From NCBI RefSeq assembly GCF_018350175.1, contig NC_058368.1, positions 83,516,001-83,580,000 on the forward strand: DNA of 64,000 bases, written 5' to 3'. Both the position numbers and the translations under genes were made by a program. Positions 1-13,909 of the stretch are shown here, piece after piece; position 1 is the first letter of the stretch; each line of letters starts with the position of its first letter. The notes below the pieces were generated by a model. The model was not told the DNA's origin. It did no database searches and saw nothing but the letters and a program-made list of their open reading frames with translations. Source of the DNA: Felis catus. Its lineage: Eukaryota.

Positions 1-113
1 ATTACACTAAGTGAAATAAGTCAGTCAGAGAAAGATAAATACCATATATTTTCATTCACATGTGGAATTTAAGAAACAAAACAAATGAGCAGAGGAAAAA
101 AAGAGAAAGAGAT

Positions 114-160
<47 letters not shown>

Positions 161-362
161 CAAATAAATGAACAGACTCTTAATTATAGAAAAAAAATTT
201 ATGGTTACTAGAGGGGAGGTGTGTGCAGTAGGGTATAATAGGTGATGGGGATTAAGGAGTGCACTTGTATTGAGCACAGGGTGATGTATGGAAGTGTTGA
301 ATCACTGTATTCTACACCTGAAACTAATATTACACAGTATGTTAACTAACTTGAATTTACAT
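1..362 (+). mobile_element. LINE-1 3' end fragment (carnivore L1) with internal (GA)n
   Basis: ORF2 tail 'ctaagtgaaataagtcagtcagagaaagataaataccatat' and 3'UTR '...acacctgaaactaatattacacagtatgttaactaac', followed by an AT-rich decayed tail (to ~530). Confidence 0.85.
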
Positions 363-1201
363 TATATATATATTTTATATAAAAAATGTATATTTATATA
401 AATATATATAATTTACATAAAATATATATATTATATAATATATATATTTATATAAATAAATATATAAAATATATAAAGCATATTATATGCTTTATATATT
501 TTACTGCTTTATATATTTTACTGATGAAAAATAATTAGACTTGAGGTTAAGAGACATTATCAGGAACACAAGACTCTAGTTAACCAGTAGCAGAATAATT
601 GCTCTTTGATGTTTTTCAATAAGCTTATTAGAGATCAATTTATTCATTCCAAAAATATTTCCTGAGTCACACTGTGTGAGCCAAAGTTTTAATTTCTGAA
701 AAGACCTAAAAGAATGTATAGGACATGGCCCCTGCCTTCAAGGACACTAGAAGTGAAGCAATATATATGACTATAGGTGCATTTTAAGAATGATTTTGAT
801 TAAAACCTTTAGGGTTTTGTCTTCTCCTGGCCTGGTGTATAACTGAAAGCATGAAAAGAGAAGGACATAGTGAGAAGAGGACAATGGAACCCGAAGTCAA
901 GTGGCTGGTTCATGAGAACTTCATATCGGGCCCCTCTGTATATTTCACCAGAACTAAGTCACAACAGATAGATCTGTAACTATGAAAAGTAAATTCTCAG
1001 CCAGTTATTTATTAATGAGATCCACATTATGTCCTTACAGATTTTTTGCTTTCTCATTCTTGAAATATTGTTAGCTTTACATCAAGACTTTCACCAGCTG
1101 TTTCCTAATGTGGGTCCTTGTTCTGTTTCTGTCTTTCTTTTTCCTCCACTGTGTTAAAACACTGGGGAAATTAAAAGCAAACACTTAGAGGAAATCCACA
1201 A

Positions 1202-1206
<5 letters not shown>

Positions 1207-1243
<37 letters not shown>
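1207..1243. repeat. (GA)n microsatellite
   Basis: Direct reading. Confidence 0.95.
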
Positions 1244-1245
<2 letters not shown>

Positions 1246-1373
1246 CTCACTCAGCCCTGCTCATCAGAAGTTCAATAAGAACAAGCTCCTTAGAGGGCTC
1301 TGCTCATTATTTCACTATAAATTCAGAGGTTAGTAGATGGCTAATATAGACCAAACATAGTGACTAGTGTTGG

Positions 1374-1500
1374 TCCAAGGGGAACATTAGAGGCCATGAG
1401 AGACCAATGGGCCCCAAAATCTCCCCTTCAGGGCACAGGTGTCCCCAGCCCTGACCATGAATATTCCTGGTGCTGAAACTCACTAATGAGGCCCTAGAGA
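1374..1500. promoter_or_regulatory. Candidate OR enhancer/promoter with homeodomain + O/E (Ebf) composite motifs
   Basis: CTAATGAGGCCCTAGAGA (1483-1500, +) and CTAATGTTCCCCTTGGA (1374-1390, -) in non-repetitive sequence. Confidence 0.45.
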
Positions 1501-2629
1501 ACTCTCCAGCATTCTGCACAAAGGGAAAAGATTTTAGCAAATCCGTAACTCTCCAGATCTTAAAAGCACCTCCCTCTCATTCTGTCAGTGCTGACTCGTG
1601 ACCTGAATTAAAAAAAAAAAATTATAAAGCAGTAAAACAACATTAACGAGTATTGGGAAAATAAGAAAATGAAAAGAAGTCAACTGGAACCCTCCATGTC
1701 CCCAAATAATGATTATTTATATGTCTATGCATATTTTTATACTTAGATAACATTCAATTTTGTTATATATGTAATAATGTTAAATGCTATTAAGTATCCC
1801 TTTTCTATGTAAATGTATAGTCTTTATACAGAATCTCATTATAGTTGAATGATGTAACATGCATTTACTTATTCCTCAATTGGTTGACATTTATATTGCT
1901 TCTAAGTTTGCTTACAATGTATACTCCTGTGGCATAATTTCATGGGATAGACCATGGGAGATGGCTTATAAGATGGTTTTTGAAGTCCATCACCACTAGG
2001 ATATACAAAGTTAGTGACTAGTGATGATAAAGAACACTCTTTTAGTGTTCTAAAATGCTAGTGTTCGAATGCTAGGAAATTTGAGCTATATATATATTTC
2101 TAGAACTAATTTTTGGATTTCGTTGTCATGATCCTTGCCCTTTTCTATTTTCTATTTTGGTGATTTTCCACAAATTAGCATTTTTTTCATTATAAAGGTC
2201 TTAGGTAAGTCCCAAGAAAAACTGTAATAGCAGTGATAATTAAATTTTTGAATCTTACCTAGTGTTTGCTTTCCATATCTATTCTACACAAGAATAACAG
2301 ATCCAATAGTAAGTAGCCAGATTTTTTTCCTTGTCTTTTTTATTTTGTTACTCTGCTGTCAAACACTTCTCTGTGTCAAGATTGGCACAATGCTCACTGA
2401 CCACCTAATTCAGATGTTTGAGGGTGATAAAAGGATAAGCCATACAGGACATGAGTATAACTGGAATAAATAGCAAAGAACCTGGACAAACAGGGAGAAA
2501 AGATGACCCTACATTTAAGTCATTTAATCCTATATATATAATCTAGTCCATTATGTTTATTCCCATAAGATTTTATTATAAAGCTTCAATTTAAATTTTG
2601 GAATAAAAACGTTTTCTAAATAAGTAATA

Positions 2630-2757
2630 GGGATAAGGAGTGCACTTGTGATGAGCACCCGGTATTGTATATGTGTGGAATAACTAAATTGTACACCTGA
2701 AACTAATATTACACTGTATGTTAATTAACTGGAATTAAATACAAAACTTAAAAAATT
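2630..2757 (+). mobile_element. Short L1 3' terminal fragment
   Basis: Same 3' tail as 250-362 (aaggagtgcacttgt...acacctgaaactaatattacactgtatgttaa) ending in an A-run. Confidence 0.8.
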
Positions 2758-3556
2758 AAGTAGAATAATTTGGAGAATCTTTATTTAAAAGGGTAAAAAA
2801 AATGACAAAAACAAAGTTTCAGCCTTCATTCTAAAAACAGACCAAAGGCGTGATAATTGTCTCAGCTAAATCTCAAGAACAATTACACTGAAGACTTTCC
2901 CTATTTCCACCATTGAAACCTATTTTCCTTAGCATTTAGGATTTAATTCTTTGAATATTAAACAATATTTGGAATCAGAAACCGGTTTTTACATTGTATC
3001 TTCATCATTTACGAGTTTCTGTATATCTGATAAACCACTTATATTATCTGCCTTCTAATTTCTAAGTATAAAATAAATAAGTGTGTTGAAGCAGTTTCTT
3101 AGAGCAGGATAGGTAGGATCTTCCTGGCTTTAAAGAAATTCATGAATTACATGAAGAGATGGAATACTATAAACAAATTAGATCAATTTGTGTCTCTATA
3201 AACACTTCAAAATTACATAAATAGATATACCTTTCCAACAGCGAAAACTTTGTGAATATTTACATTGAAATAAGTCTGTGGAGATTTTTTTCTGGGCAGA
3301 AAAACCACCTACATTCTGAAATACATAATAGGAAATTGAATCTATCATATCAGCTAAGAGAAGAAATTAAATCAAAGGTTATAAAATTTGCATGAGTAAC
3401 ACTGATCCATGATACCTATAATTAGAATTCTGACTTATCAACTTCAGTATTCCTTAATATATCCCTTGTTTGAACTAGCTCTCCAGTAACTAAGTCTAGA
3501 ATCAAATATTTCAAACATCCCAGGATTGATTGATAAGAAAGAAAGTCCGCAAAGTT

Positions 3557-3565
3557 ACTTACCTG
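3557..3565 (-). other. Candidate splice donor of a non-coding 5' exon for a minus-strand gene left of the window
   Basis: Perfect CAG/GTAAGT on minus; O/E-like GTCCCTGTGGC and TAATTA lie upstream at ~4110-4145. Confidence 0.3.
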
Positions 3566-5229
3566 ACAGTAGGCTCCATTAAATCAGATAGTCTAAACTG
3601 AAGGTCAAATACCTACTATCCAGAGAAAAATCTCACAGAACTAAAGTAACAAATGGAATTTCTCAGCTTCTTTTTGTTGTTGTTGTCATTGTTATTGTTT
3701 CTGTCAAGTGTGAATAACTAAGAGGCATGAATCAGATCTTTCAAACTGGGAGCTTGTATTATGAAGGAAAGCAAAGCAAAGAGGACAGAAGAGACAAAGA
3801 AGTGAAGGCAATATTAAATATTTCTGTGACTTGAACATGGAATTACATTTTGTTGGCATAAAGATAAATGTTGGTCTCTAACCAGTGTGAGAGGCTTTAA
3901 AATAGGAACGAATGGGTAAATAGATTAATGACCTAGAGATGGATCAGCCTGGGTCCTTAAATGCTCAATGAAGATGGTGTAAGGAAAGTTGGCACCAGGT
4001 GCATTATGTAGGTTGCTAAAAACAAAGAGATCATGCAACTTAAATAAGAGCTTGAATCACCAGTGTAGACCAATACTCTCATTTGGAAGAATAATTGACA
4101 TCAGAATATCAGTCCCTGTGGCACTTTGTCCCTAGCCTATAATTATACAGTTAATATAGATGCGATAAGCCCTTTCACCTTTTTTTAATTCATGAAAATC
4201 TAACCTTTCAATTTACAAAGAATTACAATAATAAGCTGTCCCCATATAAATCAGGCTGTGAGACAATACACTAAAATTAATTATTGTTATGAATATTTCA
4301 CTTTTTCATGGAATTATTTTCAAAGTTTCTTTCCTGTTTAACATTTCTTAACCTTATGTTTTTCTCCTTTCAAGGGTTTAAGAAAAACCTTCCTAAGGAA
4401 TTATTGTAGTATAAATCTTAGGTTCACACTGTCACTAAGGGGTATGTAATGGTTCTGTGTTTCTTATAAGTTGTAACGAGCTGTAAGAAGTTATAACAAA
4501 ATTTTCCGCATTGAAAAACATTTAAAATGTGTGGAGAAACAACAACAAAGAAATTTTTGAGTTAACTAAATAACAATGAGATCATTCTCTCTCTATTTTC
4601 CTATATTCTGACAAGTGCTCACTCTCTACTCTTGGGGGAAAAATTCCTAGGTCATAGGACTTTGCTGTGTTGCTATCTCCCTCTTGTTTCTTTATCATTC
4701 AACTCACATTTACCTCTCCATGTTATGTGCATAAATGAAGGTTGAATTTTAACTTTTCTCTCCCTAAAATTTATGTAATTTGGGGAGTCTCCTTAAGAAA
4801 GTTTAATAATCTTTGTTACATAACGATATACAAATATTTTATTCAGGTGAGAAAACAAATAATTCCAAATTACACATTTTAAAATCTAACAAATACCCAA
4901 AGAACTCCAGAAAACACTAACATAAACTTGATATCATTTAACTGCTTGACACACCACTTTAATCATTTTTCCCAACAATTTTCAGCTTCATATTCTGTGA
5001 CTTCACTTTATAAGACAATTTTATTTTCAATAGAAAGAAGAGAAAAAGAATTCAATTCTTCTATTATGGCTGGCTGAGGATTTTTTTAAATTATTATTTT
5101 GATACTTTAAAATGTTTCTTTCAGTTTTTCTTCTTAGGGATTGAGGTACAATTTTGATAATTGCTATTAAATTATTTCCACAAATTACATGCCTTAGCCT
5201 GAGCTTCCCAGAAAAAAAAATTGATTTTA

Positions 5230-5448
5230 TTTAAAAAAATTTTTTTTAACGTTTATTTATTTTTGAGACAGAGAGAGACAGAGCATGAATGGTGGAGGGT
5301 CAGAGAGAGAGAGACACAGAATCCAAAACAGGCTCCAGGCTCTGAGCTGTCAGCACAGAGCCCGAGGCTGGGCTCAAACTCACGGACCGCGAAATCGTGA
5401 CCTGAGCCGAAGCTGGCCGCTCAACCGACTGAGCCACCCAGGCGCCCC
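5230..5448 (-). mobile_element. Can-SINE (SINEC_Fc-like)
   Basis: GGGGCGCCTGGGTGGCTCAGTCGGTTGAG head, CT linker, A-tail; TSD g(a)nttgatttta at 5211-5229 and 5449-5466. Confidence 0.95.
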
Positions 5449-6459
5449 GAAAAAAAATTGATTTTAGAAAATAAATACTAAAAATGCAAGTTGTTTTTGT
5501 TTTTGTTTTTGTTTTTTAAAGAATGTGATCAGGAAGCCAAAGAGGGAGGAGTGGAGGTTAAAACAGGGGAAAAAAAAACAAAAAAAAAACAAAAAAAAAA
5601 CCAGTCTCTGCCAAGATAATTTGTTGCAATAGCAGCCCCCATGTTGGCTGAATGGAAATTCACTCCAAAGACCCTGGAGAAGTCAGGTCAGAATGCATTT
5701 TAGCACTTTTCTTCAAGAGGAAGAAAGGAAATAGATCCATTCACCAGTTACCAAGTCCTCATTATGTTTCCATTCAGTCTATGCCCACACAAACAAAATC
5801 TGCCTTGGTATTTCCTTTATAGTAAAGGACAGGAAGGGACATCTGGTAAAGATGGGGCCCCATCTGGTTTACCTGCTTAAAACTGGTTGACCAAGAACAA
5901 AACTGTTGCTGCATCAGTGATAGAAGAAGAAAGAAGATTGTTCTTTAGAAATTTCAGTGGTATGCAAAATATGTTCTATATGCACACTGTAAAATTTTGG
6001 GGCATTTCAAGTCCTCTTGTGCAGTTACATGTTTTAAATACTTAAAAACTTAAGTTGACAACATTATGAATTTTATCTTATGTACGTATATAACAAATCA
6101 GAGAGATATGTAGAAATACTTTTTTCAAAAAATATATTGCTGTTATATTCATGTGTATATATGTGTGTATATATATATATATATACACACACACAAAGTC
6201 ATAGCAGTATATTATATTTATATGATCACCCAATGAATTTATATCACTATTTGATGAGGCACTTCTGTAAGTAAATTATAAAATTATAATTTCTTATTTT
6301 TTCTAAAATATGTATTTTCCACTTATGACATGTTGTAAATATATTTTATTATTATTTCCCCAGTTGAAGGATATTTTACATGGATACTTAATAACTCACA
6401 ATAATTACTTAATAATCCATTAATTTGTATTTAAATTTTCTTATTAAATTAGTAATTTA

Positions 6460-7720
6460 AAGTATTTTATAGTGATAAATATAAATAGTATAAAATTTAT
6501 CATTTTAACAATTTTTAAGTGTACAACTTAGAGATATTTAATACATTCCCAGTGTTGTGTAATTATCATTGCCATCAACCTGAAGAACTTTTTCATCATC
6601 CCAAATACAACTTCTATATCCATTAAATAGTAACTCATTATTCGCTTGCTCCAAGACTCTGCTAATTTCTAGTCTATTTTCTGTATCTGTGAATTTGCCT
6701 ATTTTATGCATCTCATTAGAATGCAATCATGACATATCTTTTATGCTTATTTCACTTATCATAATGTTTTCAATGTTCATCCACGTAGTGGCCTATATCA
6801 GAAATGTATTCATTTTCAAGGCTGAGAGTATCACATTATTTGCAAATAATCACATTAAAAAAAATCTCTTTGTGTGTTGATGGACTCTTGAGCTATTTCC
6901 ACCTTTTGTTATTGTTAATAATGTCATCATGAACATTGGTTAAAAGTATCTGAGTCCCTGCTTCCATTTTCTTTGAATATATACCTAGAAATGGAATTAC
7001 TGGATCATAGATTAATTCTGTTTAACTTTTTGAAGAACTTCCAAACTATTGTCAGCAGTGGCTGCAGCATTTTACATTACCACCAGCAACCCACAATGGT
7101 TTCAATTATTGTACATTTTTGACAACATTTATTCTTTTCTTTTTTTCCCCATCCTACTGAGTGCAAACTAGTATCTAGTTGTGGTATTGATGTGCATTTT
7201 ACTAAAGACTAGTAATGTTGAGCATCTTTTCATATGCTTACTGGCCATTTCTACATATTCTTTGGAGAAATGTATCAGTCTCATTTTTTTAATTGGGTTA
7301 TAATATTTATTTATTTTGTAGTTGTTCGTTGAATTTTAGTAGTTCTTTATATAGTCTAGATATTAATTCCTTAGCAGATATATAATATGCTTATATATAT
7401 ATTTTTTAATGTTTATTTATTTTTGAGACAGGGAGAGACAGCATGAAGGGGGGAGGGTCAGAGAGAGAGGGAGACACAGAATCTGAAACAGGCTCCAGGC
7501 TCTGAGCTGTCAGCACAGAGCCTGATGCGGGGCTCGAACTCATAACTGTGAGATCATGACCTGAGCCAAAGTCGGATGCTTAACCGACTGAGCCACCCAG
7601 GCGCCCCAAGATATGCTTATATTTTGTTCTATTTTGTGAATTACAGTTTTTTCCTCTTGATAGTGTCCTTTGACAAATATAATTTTTTAATTTGATTTAG
7701 TCCATCTTATCTATGTTTTT
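6460..7720 (-). mobile_element. Old L1 (L1MB-like) 3' region, interrupted by a SINE
   Basis: Typical 3'UTR 'tttttaagtgtacaac...ttgtgtaattatcattgccatc...gaactttttcatcatccc' and degenerate ORF2 C-terminus. Confidence 0.75.
7397..7607 (-). mobile_element. Can-SINE
   Basis: Canonical head and tail; TSD atatgcttatat at 7385-7396 and 7611-7622. Confidence 0.95.
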
Positions 7721-7734
7721 CAAGACAAGATAAC

Positions 7735-10700
7735 TAAGTCTACTTTGTTGAGGGTTTTTATCATGAACAGATGCTGTACTTTGTTAAATGCTTTTTCTAC
7801 ATCTATTGAAAGAATCATATTGTTCTTATCCTTTCTTTTATTAATGTGGTATAGAATATTGGGTGATTTGTAAATATGGAATGACCCTTGAAACCCAGGA
7901 ATAAATTTCACTTGATGGTGATGAATGATCATTTTAATGTATTTTTAGATTCAGTTTGCTAGTGTGTTATTGAGAATTTTTGCATCCATATTAATCAGGA
8001 TTATTGGCCTGTAGTGTTCTTTTTTAGTGGCATTTTCATATGGTTTTGGTGTTAGGGCCTCATAGAATGAATTTGGAAGTTTTCCTTACATTTCTATTTT
8101 TTGAAATAACTTTAGTAAATTAGGTATTATCTCTTTTTTAATTATCTGGTAGAATTCCACTGTGAAGCCATCTGGTCCTGGACTTTTGTTTGTTGGAAGA
8201 TTGTTTATTATTGACTAAATTCCTTTGCTGACTATTGATTTGTTCAACTTTTCCATTTCAACCTGCTTCAGTTTTGATAGTTTGTGTATTTATAGAAATT
8301 TTTCCATTTCTTCCAGGTTGTCCAATTTGTTGACACATAGTTTTTCATAATGTTCTCATAATCTTTTTTGTGTGTCTCTGTGGTGTTGGTTGTTATTTCT
8401 CTTCTCTCATTTGTGATTTTTTTTCACTTGGGTAATTTCTTTTCTCATTTTAATAAGTCTAGACAGAGGTTTATTAATTTTGTGAAATTTTTCAAAGAAC
8501 AAACTCTTGGTTTCATTGATGTGTTGCATTTTCTCTTTCTTTCTTTCTTTTTTTTTTTGTTTCTGTATGATTTGCTTTTGCTCTAATCTTTATTATTTCC
8601 TTCCTAATGTTGGATTTAGGTTTTATTTGGTGTTCTTTTTCTAGCACCTTCACCCATGAAGTTGGATAATTTAATTTGAGACTTTTTTCTTACTTCTTGA
8701 GGTAAGGCTTTATTATTATATACTCTCCTCTTAGGACCACTTTTGCTGATCTCAAAGGTTTTGGACCGTTGTGTTTTCATTTTCTTTTGTTTCCATGTAT
8801 TTCTTATTTCTTCTTTGATTTCTTCATTGACCTTTTTGTTATATATTAGCATGTTGGTTAATCTCCATGTATTTATGGTTTTTCCAAATATTTTTTCTTA
8901 TGGTTAACTTTTAGTTTCATAGTGTTGTGGTCAGAAAAGGTGCATGGTATGATTTCAGTATTTTTATATTTGTTGAGATCTGATTTCTGACTTAACATGA
9001 TCTATTCATGAGAATGCCCATGTACACTTGAAATAATCTGTATTCTGCTGTTTTACTGTAGAATGTTCTTAATATATCCATTAAGTCCATCTGGTCAGTT
9101 ATGTTTTTCAAAGCCTTTGCTTCCTTGTTCATTTCTTTGTTTAGATAATCTGTCCATTGATATAAGTATGGTGTTGAAGTCCCCTAAAATTATTGGAATA
9201 TTATAAATCAGTTATTTTGTGTTTGTTATTAATTGTTTTATATATTTGGTGATTTCATGTTGGGTCCATAAATATTTATTATTTTAAGATATCCTTGTTT
9301 TATTTTCTCTTTTATTATGATATAGTGGACTTCTTTATCAGTTTTTAAAGTCTTTGTTTTAAAGTCTAGTTTTTCTGATATAAATATTGCTACTCCAGTC
9401 TTCGTTTGACATTCATTTTCACGATAAATATCTCTCCATCCCTTCATTTTCAATCAGGAGTCTTTAAATCTAAAATGTGTCTCTTCTGGGGCACCTGGGT
9501 GGCTTAGTCAATTAAGCATCTGACTTTGGCTCAGGTCATGATCTCATGGTTTGTCAGTTTGAGCCTCGCGTTAGTCCCTGTGTTGACAGCTCAGAGTCTG
9601 GAGCCTGCCTCAAGTTCCATGTGTGTGTGGCTCTCTCTCTGCCCCTCCCCCCCACTTCAAAAATAAGTAAACATTAAGTTTTTTTAATGAGTCTCTTGTA
9701 TGCTGCATAAAGATGGTCTTTTTTAAAATCCATTCTGACACATTATGTCTTTTGATTGAGCATTTAGTCCATTTACATTGACAGTAATTATTGAAAGACA
9801 TGTATTTATTATTAGTCATTAGTTGCTTTGTTGTTATTTCTGAATATTTTCTCTAATGATTTTCCACCTTTGGTTGCTTACCACTGAAAGAATCTCCTTA
9901 TATACCTCTTGCAGGGCTGGTTTAGTGGTCACAAAGCCCTTTAGTTTTTGTTTCTCTAGGATGCTCTTTATCTCTCCTTCTACTCTGAATGATAGCTTTG
10001 CTGATAGAGTATTCTTGGCTGTAACTTTTTTTTTTTCCATTTAGTACTTTGAATGTATCAGGCCACTCCCTTTCTGGCTTGTCAAGATACTGTTGAGAAA
10101 TCTCCAGCTAGCTTAATGGATTTTTCTTCATACTTTAAAGATTTCTTTTTCTCTTGCTGATTTTAAGATTTTTTTTATCACTATATTTTGCAAATTTAAT
10201 TACAATGGGCCTTGGTGTTGGCTTGCCTTTGTTGATTTTGAAGGGAGTTCTCTGTGACTCCAGGATCTGGATGTCTGCTTCATTTTCCAGATTAAGGAAA
10301 TCTCTGTTAACACTTTTATCTCTGTGGTAATGGTGATCTTGGTGTCTTCCTCTCTTTTCTCAAGTCCATTGCATGCCCTTTAATCATTGCTCTAAATTTT
10401 CCATCAAGAATGTTAATTATATCTGTTTTGCTTAGATCTCTGGGTGTGCCCTTATCTTGTTCTTTCGTTTGGGATAAATTCTTCTGTTTTCTCATTTTGT
10501 TAAATACCTGCCTTCTTGGGTCTGATAGAAAAGCCAGTATTGTATCCTGTCCTAAAAGTAATGTCTTTATGAAGAAGATGTCATGTAATTCCCAGGGACT
10601 GGTGCTTAGGGCAGTACCTCCAGTGTGTGTTGCATGTGCTCTGCTGTTGTGTTATACCTACACTATCCTTCAAGTCAGTTGTCTGCAGAGGCTGTCTTTG

Positions 10701-11245
10701 CATGTAGTGGGCAGTGTTTGGTCTCTGGCCTGAATGTGGCAAGTTTTAAATAGGCGTGCTTTGGTATGCTTGTGAAATCCATCTGTCACAACCTCCACCA
10801 CTACTGAGGACCTGAAAAACTGGTCACAAGATGTAGCATGGGCAGGAGTTTTGCTGGTTTTGTAGATGATGGGCCTGTCTCCCACGGACTATGGCAAGAG
10901 TGAGTGTGAAGGTCTGAAGCTTAGTATATAAGCAAGTTAGCCATCCAGAGTACCCACTGTACTGCTTCTTACAGGTGGCTCTGTATATGCTGACAGATAG
11001 AGGAGGGAAATGGTGCCAGCCAGCTCCCTTGTTCCAGGAGAGGCACTACCATGCACACTGCCTCTCAGGGAAGCATACCAAGAAGAATGAATAGTCACCT
11101 ATAGTTTGTTCCAGGTGTTTTTTAAGATTGCTGCTTCCACATTGTCTGCCTCAAGGTTGTTTCCCTGTCTTCTGTCTAGGAGCATCAAAGTGCCCGCTGG
11201 GCTCTATCAAACCATACCTGCTGACTTTTAAAACTCTAGACTTTA
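7735..11245 (-). mobile_element. Degenerate L1: 5'UTR, internally deleted ORF1 and 5' half of ORF2
   Basis: ORF fragments [24 protein letters not shown] (RT), MKGWRDIY..GVAIFIS (endonuclease), AKLSFRVEGEIKS..KLKGFVTTKPALQE (ORF1 C-terminus). Confidence 0.9.
9488..9685 (+). mobile_element. Can-SINE inserted in L1
   Basis: ggggcacctgggtggcttagtc head; degraded TSD aatg(t/a)gtctctt. Confidence 0.9.
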
Positions 11246-11334
11246 GGGTTGATATAAATATGTTCATTGCATTATTACATTGCTTATAAATATATTCATT
11301 GCATTACATGTAAACATCTTAACTCAGATCTCAG

Positions 11335-11455
11335 GAGTGAACTTGTTGTGATGAGTACCAGGTATAGTATGGAAATGTTGAGTCAGTATATTGTACTCGT
11401 GAAACCAATATTACTCTGTATTTTAACTAACTGGAATTTATATAAAAACTTAAAG
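11335..11455 (+). mobile_element. Short L1 3' terminal fragment
   Basis: Similar to the tails at 250-362 and 2630-2757. Confidence 0.7.
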
Positions 11456-11511
11456 GAGTCATTCATGAATTTAGGATAGAAAGAATTACTTAAGACAGAA
11501 AAAGTTAACTA

Positions 11512-11720
11512 TCCAACTCTCAATCTTGGCTCAGGTTATGATCTCACAGTTTGTGAGATCAAGCTCAGCATGGGGCTCTGTTTTGTCAACCTGGAACCTG
11601 CTTAGAATTCTCTTTTTCTCTCTCTCTGTGCTCCTCCCCTGCTTGCTCATTCTTGTCTCTTTCTCAAAGTAAATAAATAACATTTAAAAAATACAATAAA
11701 TTTAAAATACTAAAAAAAAT
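11512..11720 (+). mobile_element. 5'-truncated Can-SINE
   Basis: ggctcaggttatgatctcacagtttgtgag body, CT linker, aaataaataa tail. Confidence 0.85.
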
Positions 11721-11793
11721 AAGTTAAAGACTTGAATAGATACATCACATAGAGGATCTTAAATGATAAATCAATGAAAAGTTATTCAGCCTC

Positions 11794-12000
11794 AGAGCGC
11801 CTGGTTGGTTCAGTTCACTAAGTGAACTGTTTTTGGCTCAGGTCATGATCTCATAGTTCATGAATTTGAGTCCCACCTTGGGCTCCACAACTGGCATCAT
11901 GGAGCCTGCTTGGGATTCTCTCTCTCTCTCTCTCTCTCTCTCTGACCCTGCAAAACACATGCTGTCTCTCTCTCCAAAAACAGAAAACAAAAACAAAAAA
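11794..12000 (+). mobile_element. Can-SINE abutting the L1 5' end
   Basis: gagcgcctggttggttcag head, (CT)n, A-rich tail. Confidence 0.9.
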
Positions 12001-12946
12001 AGGAGACCTAGGAAGATGGTGGCATAGGAGGACGCTGGACTCACCTCGTCCTGCAGATCACTTAGATTTCACCCACATCTGCCTAAATAACCCAGAACCA
12101 CCAGAAGACTAGCAGACCTGATTCTTTGGAGACAAGCATAGACAAGAGGCCCACGTAAGAGAGTAGGAAGGGTGGAGAGGCAGTGTGCATTACATGGACT
12201 GGTGGAGGGGAGCCAGGGTGGTGTAGGGGGCAACATGCAAGGCAAGGCAGAGACCCCGAAGTCTGGTTTGCAAAAGCAGAGGGGCTGAACTCTGTGAGTT
12301 TTGACAGCCAGCTGGATTTAACATCTGGAATGTTAAAAGTCAACAGCTCTGCTCTCGGAGAGCAGGGAGGGCGAGAGGACACCAGGAGGGAAAGTTGTTG
12401 AGCCCCGGAAGGAGAGTTCAGATCGGGGGGGGGTGGGGAGGCACCGGCAAAAGCATTTCCCTCTCCCATCCCCCAACAGAAATTCCAAAGGGAATCAGTT
12501 CCCATCAACAAATTTGCCTGTACTGCACAAACACTCAACTCTGTGCTTCTGTGGATCCATCCCTCCAACAGCCATGACTCCTTACTGGTGTTGCAGGGCC
12601 CCTACCCAGGGCATCACAGATGGCAAAGCTAACTAAACCTGCTCCTCCCACCCCTGTGCACCTTGAGGATTGACACCGGCTAATACACCCTTGGCCAGAT
12701 CCCATCAAAGCAGCACCACAACCCTGGAAGTGTGCAAGTAGCCCAGACAAGAGCCACACCACTCCATATTGAGTTCTGCCCCTGGGAGAAGGGAAGATAA
12801 GGTACACACCAATCTGACTGTGGCCCCAGTGGTGGGCTGGTGGCAGACATCAGGTCTGACTGCGGCCCTGCCCACCAACACAGGTTACTCAGGACAGCAA
12901 AAGGGAAGAGCCCTGCAGTTTGAAGCTACTGCAGGGACTACACAAA

Positions 12947-13841
12947 ATGACAAAACAGAAGAATTCTCCTCAAAAGAAACTCCAGGAAGTGCCGACAGCT
13001 AACAAATTGATTAAAAATGATTTAAGCAATATAACAGAAGAAGAATGTAGATAATAGTCATAAAATTATTCGCTGGGCTTGAAAAAAAAGCATAGAGGAC
13101 AGCAGAGAATCTATTGCAACAGAGATCAAGGGACTAAGAAATAGTCATGAGGAGCTAAAAATGGTATAAATGAGATGCAAAATAAAATGGAGGTGACCAT
13201 AGCAAGGAATGAAAAGGCAGAGGAGAGAATAGGTGAATTAGAAGATAAAATTATGGAAAAAGAGGAAGCTGAGAAAAAGAGAGATAAAAAAATTCAGGGT
13301 TATGAGGGGAGAATAAGAGAACTAAGTGATGCAATGAAATGGAACAATATCCATATAATAGGAATTCCACAAGAGGAAGAAAGAGAGAAAGGTGTGGGAG
13401 GTGTACTTGAACAAATCATAGCTGAGAACTTCCCTGATCTGGGGAAGGAAAAAGACATTGAAATCCAAGAGGCACAGAGAACTCCCTTCAGACATAACTT
13501 GAATCAATCTTCTGCACAATATATCATAGTGAAACTGGCAAAATAAGAGGATAAAGAGAAAATTCTGAAATCAGCTAGGGATAAACACACTCTAACTTAT
13601 AAAGGGTGACCAGTAAGACTAGTGGCAGACCTTTCTACTGAAACTTGGCAAGCCAGAAAGGAATGGAAGGAAATCTTTAATGTGAGGAACAGAAAAAATA
13701 TGCAGCCGAGAATCCTTTATCCAGAAGGTCTTGTCATTCAGAATAGAAGGAGAGATAAAGGTCTTCCCAAACAAACAAAAACTGAAGGAATTCATCACTA
13801 CTAAACCAGTCCTACAAGAGATCCTAAGGGGAACTCTGTGA
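12947..13841 (+). pseudogene. L1 ORF1p, disrupted
   Basis: ATG ACA AAA CAG AAG AAT TCT CCT; fragments ERIGELEDK..NNIHIIGIP..IIAENFPDLGKE and ADLSTETWQARKEW; premature stops and frameshifts. Confidence 0.9.
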
Positions 13842-13909
13842 GTGAAATGTTGCAAGGACCACAAAGTACCAGAGACATTACTGCAAGCATGAAACCTACA
13901 GACATCACA

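Noticed and set aside
5401..5448. tRNA-like A/B boxes at SINE heads
   Set aside because: tRNA-derived SINE promoters, not tRNA genes
12083..13002. ORFs of 60-174 aa in L1 5'UTRs (also 51768-52324) as possible ORF0-like genes
   Set aside because: Expected by chance in GC-rich UTRs; no recognisable domain and not shared between copies
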